A DNA stretch of 64,000 nucleotides. It comes from Lama glama (Eukaryota). This document shows, one piece after another, positions 61,973 through 64,000 of this stretch. Under the pieces are notes generated by a model that was not told the origin of the DNA, ran no database searches, and was given only the letters and a program-made list of their open reading frames with translations. The stretch is from NCBI GenBank assembly GCA_028534125.1, contig CM052818.1, positions 23,190,001 to 23,254,000 on the forward strand, written 5' to 3'. The translations under genes and the position numbers were made by a program. The stretch's first letter is position 1. Every line of letters begins with the position of its first letter.

Positions 61973-62719
61973 AAAGAATACCATAATAGAGTCTGAGATT
62001 AGGGGTCAGGGACCATTGTAATCCCAGGCAACTGGACTCTGGAATGACCCCCATCTTGAATGAGCTTCTTTTTATGGTATTTATTTCACTTTCCACTAGG
62101 ATTGAACCAGAAAGAAAATTTTTGGTAGAGACAGCATTGAGAAATATGGCCAGTGGGAGAGCTGGGGACCTGTGCTTATGAGGAATTCTTTGGGTATAGG
62201 ATAAAGGCGATGTGGCTCTATTGGCTTTCAATTTCCCCCTCTGCATAGCTGTGGAAAGAATGTGTCATTCCTGGTAAAAAACCCAGCCAAAGTATTTCCT
62301 TGGAGATAAAAACACAGAATAAGAGTTTTAAGAAACATTTTGGGGGAGTCAAAAGAATGTTAATGAGACCATTGAATAAATTATAAAAGATGTTGAGAAC
62401 AAAATACTTATGACCAGTTAAAATATTTTAAAAGATGCTCAAAGAAAATATTGTGCTTTCAGAGGGGAACCGCGGAATGGGACAGAGAGAACCCAAAAGG
62501 GGATAATGTGGAAACCAAATTGAGAAAGTGGGACTTTTAACCAAGAACAATTAGAAAAACAACAATAGTTATTGATTCTTTTAAAAAGCAATTAGGTTCT
62601 AGGAACAGGGGCACAAAACAGTCAGTTCTGGGAAGACTATACCATGTTGGTGAGGCTTATGGATAGTATCTCTTATTTCCTCTGTGATTAAAAACACTAT
62701 TTTGGAGGATGATTTTATT

Positions 62720-62960
62720 CAGTTAACAATCATTTATTGAGCAGATACTATGTGCCCTTGCTTGGCCTATAGGTATGCAATAAATATATTTTAAAAATCC
62801 TTACAACAACTCTATAAGTAAGTATAATTATTACCCTCATTTTATAGGTGAGGAAAGTGAGGTCCAAATGGGTTAAGCACTTGCTGAGTGCCACAGTTAG
62901 GATGCACTGGGACAAGGATTTGAACCTAGGAATTCCTGTAAACCACTACATTATACTGCC
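62720..62960 (-). mobile_element. MIR SINE
   Basis: 'attaccctcattttataggtgaggaaagtgaggtcc...ggttaagcacttgc...ggatttgaacctagg'. Confidence 0.85.
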
Positions 62961-63010
62961 CCTTGATAAATACGTGAGTAACCAAAATGCAAGACAGAAA
63001 TTGGAAAGTG

Positions 63011-63105
63011 GGGGGCAGGGATAGCTCAGTGGCAGAGCACATGCTTAGCATGCATGAGGGTCCTCGGTTCAATCCTCAGTACCTCCATTAAAATAAAAAA
63101 ACAAT
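63011..63105 (+). mobile_element. tRNA-derived camelid-type SINE (short form)
   Basis: 'gggggcagggatagctcagtggcagagcacatgcttagcatgcatgagggtcctcggttcaatcctcagtacctccattaaaa'. TSD aaattggaaagtg (62998-63010) / aaagtggaaagca (63106-63118). Confidence 0.9.
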
Positions 63106-63417
63106 AAAGTGGAAAGCACTCCATAGGTGATAAAACCGACAGCAGTCAAAGTTCTAACCTCTGCCAAGGGAAGGGAATGGTAGGAGGGGCTCCCCGGAGG
63201 GGCAGCATTTGAGCTGGGTCTTAAATATGGGTGAGATTTTTCTAAGCGAGCACAGGGGGCGGCATCTTCGAGATGGAAGGACTGACGTGAATCAGCATCC
63301 TGAGCTGGGCAAGTGCGGGACACGTTAGGAGAGGTTTACAACTCCGGCGTACTAGGACAGCGCTTCTCCTCCCTGGTGGCAGCAGACAGGCTGGAGCGAG
63401 TTGGAAGCAGCCAGGAA

Positions 63418-63550
63418 CAGGGCTTCTCATACAGTCATGCGCACATGGGTGACCTGGGGGTCTCGTTAAATGCAGCTTCTGCTCCAGTAGTCTGTGGTAC
63501 TGGCCCCCAGGGATGCCCAGGCTGCTGGTTTTGGATCACACTGGGTATCT
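63418..63550. mobile_element. MER5-like DNA transposon fragment
   Basis: 'cagggcttctca...acctgggggtctcgttaaatgcagcttctgctccagtag...gctgctggttttggatcacactgggta'. Confidence 0.6.
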
Positions 63551-64000
63551 GGGCTCGTGAGGGTCTTGCTTTCCTGGCTTGGGGTGTGGACTTTATTTGG
63601 TAAGCCCGGGGCTGCGCAGATGCATTCTAAGCAGGGAAATCAGGCTTTAGAAAGATGTTTGGTGGTGGCGTAGAATGCCCTGGAGGGCGTTTGGGCTTTG
63701 GTTTCTTTAGCTCCTAACTTGCAACTCTCTAATCTCAGAACGCTGATTCAGTCGGGATTTGTGCAGGAAAACAGAAACCACCCCAACTAGTTTAACAGGA
63801 CTAATCTCATCCTTGGTTTTCCAGTGGTCACTTATTCACCAGAGCTGCCTAGAAATTATTCCTCCAGGACTGGCCAGAAGCAAAATCTGTCCTATTCTCT
63901 CAGGGTCCAGAAAGGAGATAAAATTTTGGCTTGACCTTGGGCCATCCTTGTGGGCCTATCCGGGTAAAGGCCGGGCCCTGTCACCTAGCATGTTCTGGGT

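Noticed and set aside
62320..62620. Possible second CR1/L3 3' fragment
   Set aside because: Similarity is too weak to support by eye.
63011..63087. tRNA-Ala(AGC)-like gene (also at 22664, 61841 and the minus-strand copies)
   Set aside because: A-rich tails, TSDs, extra 5' G-run, mismatched stems and nine diverged copies identify them as SINEs rather than tRNA genes.
63366..63384. CTCF-like motif (GCCACCAGGGAGGAGA on the minus strand)
   Set aside because: Mismatches in the GGCGC/GGCAG core, so likely a chance match in GC-rich sequence.
1..64000. Prokaryotic-style systems (CRISPR arrays, operons, defence islands), rRNA or miRNA hairpins
   Set aside because: The sequence is mammalian. I saw no regularly spaced repeat-spacer array, gene cluster, rRNA similarity or convincing long hairpin.

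Overview
This is 64 kb of non-coding placental mammal DNA, most likely from a camelid (camel, llama or alpaca). Nine copies of a tRNA-Ala-like SINE (GGGGAGGGTATAGCTCAGTGGTAGAG...GGTTCAATCCCCAGTACCTCC) resemble the camelid vic-1-type SINE, and I recognise no Alu, B1/B2, Bov-tA/BovB, PRE-1 or Can-SINE copies. I find no host protein-coding exon. The only ORFs with recognisable protein similarity are decayed retrotransposon pieces: the L1 ORF2p C-terminus at about 20.4-21.4 kb and CR1/L3 reverse transcriptase at about 25.4-25.8 kb. The window is a mosaic of L1, L2, MIR, L3, MLT1/MLT2 and other ERV LTRs and hAT DNA-transposon fossils, several nested with readable target-site duplications (TSDs). 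Between them lie about a dozen repeat-free, motif-dense blocks resembling conserved developmental enhancers (PBX-HOX/MEIS, forkhead, nuclear-receptor and CTCF motifs), so this is probably a gene desert or large intron near a developmental regulator. The most unusual directly visible event is a 58-bp, 57/58-identical segment copied about 2.15 kb upstream into an unrelated, oppositely oriented element, which looks like a templated-insertion repair scar. I see no evidence of a novel gene system. Repeat subfamily names come from recalled consensus similarity, not a database search, and boundaries without TSDs are approximate.
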